Source: Lama guanicoe
Lineage: Eukaryota
DNA length: 64,000 nt
Direction: 5' to 3'
Assembly (NCBI GenBank): GCA_013239625.1
Contig: MU054187.1
Span: forward strand, 1,243,587 to 1,307,586
Each line of letters starts with the position of its first letter. The first letter of the stretch is position 1. Shown here one piece after another: positions 63,690-64,000 of the stretch. Made by a program: the position numbers and the translations under genes. The notes under the pieces were generated by a model. The model saw only the letters and a program-made list of their open reading frames with translations. It had not been told where the DNA came from and searched no databases.

Positions 63690-63778
63690 GGGGTGGGGCA
63701 GCTCAGCGGTAGAGCGTGTGCTCAGCGCACACTGGGGCCTGGGCTCAGTCCCCAGGACCGCTGTAAAAAAGCTTTTTA
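63690..63778 (+). mobile_element. tRNA-derived SINE (Vic-1-related), GC-shifted
   Basis: GGGGTGGGGCAGCTCAGCGGTAGAGCGTGTGCTCAGC…GTCCCCAGGACC plus short A tail; degenerate 16-bp TSD at 63673-63688 and 63779-63794. Confidence 0.75.
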
Positions 63779-64000
63779 AAAGAGTGATGTAAACAGGTGG
63801 AAATCTATGATTTCATGAACTTTTTTTCAGGGAATCATAATACAAAAATAAATTAAAATAAACAATGTTAGATAACGCTAAGTAGCATGAAGAGGAAAAA
63901 CTCAGGAAAAGGCCATTTTTAATGGAACACTGCTTTACACATTTACCCTGCTACCTCCAGGCCTAGAGGGCTGTAAAGAGACTCAATTTGCTTTATTTCT

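Noticed and set aside
1..64000. Single-exon ORFs of 60-160 aa from the ORF track as independent genes
   Set aside because: They are short, often start at non-ATG codons, and are enriched in GC-rich patches or repeats. Recognisable peptides are only SNTG1 exon overlaps or L1/Tigger remnants.
50630..64000. Next SNTG1 exon (expected IKKINRNFPVNQQ)
   Set aside because: Candidate acceptors near 60636, 61008 and 61300 do not translate to it. It presumably lies beyond the window, though a manual scan could miss a 39-nt exon.
1..64000. CRISPR arrays, prokaryotic operons, numts or intact retroviral/L1 ORFs
   Set aside because: No regularly spaced repeat-spacer structure, no mitochondrial-like segment recognised and no long ORFs. 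The sequence is eukaryotic and intronic.

Overview
Mammalian genomic DNA, almost certainly from a camelid, since it carries Vic-1-type tRNA-derived SINEs and artiodactyl-type L1 ends. The window lies inside the gamma-1-syntrophin gene (SNTG1, + strand). Nine consecutive coding exons (2220-50629, 783 nt = 261 codons, all GT-AG and phase-consistent) encode the N-terminal half of the split PH domain, the whole PDZ domain and most of the C-terminal half of that PH domain. The start-codon exon and the 3' exons lie outside the window. Introns are mostly fossil L1, L2, MIR, LTR and DNA-transposon sequence. The supplied ORF track is essentially noise apart from overlaps with exons and transposon remnants. 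I found no new multi-gene system. The most striking pattern is a series of sharp sub-kb GC/CpG peaks in which normally AT-rich old repeats (a MER44/Tigger7 element, an L1 3' end, an MLT1 LTR, a SINE and one copy of its TSD) appear rewritten AT->GC. This fits strong local GC-biased gene conversion, and it may also have fixed amino-acid changes in neighbouring SNTG1 exons. Also notable are a tail-less 155-bp L1 5'-end insert with a perfect 15-bp TSD and a tandem-duplication-generated array of AGGTCA nuclear-receptor half-sites. Repeat family names and the human protein comparison come from recalled consensus sequences, and repeat boundaries are approximate.
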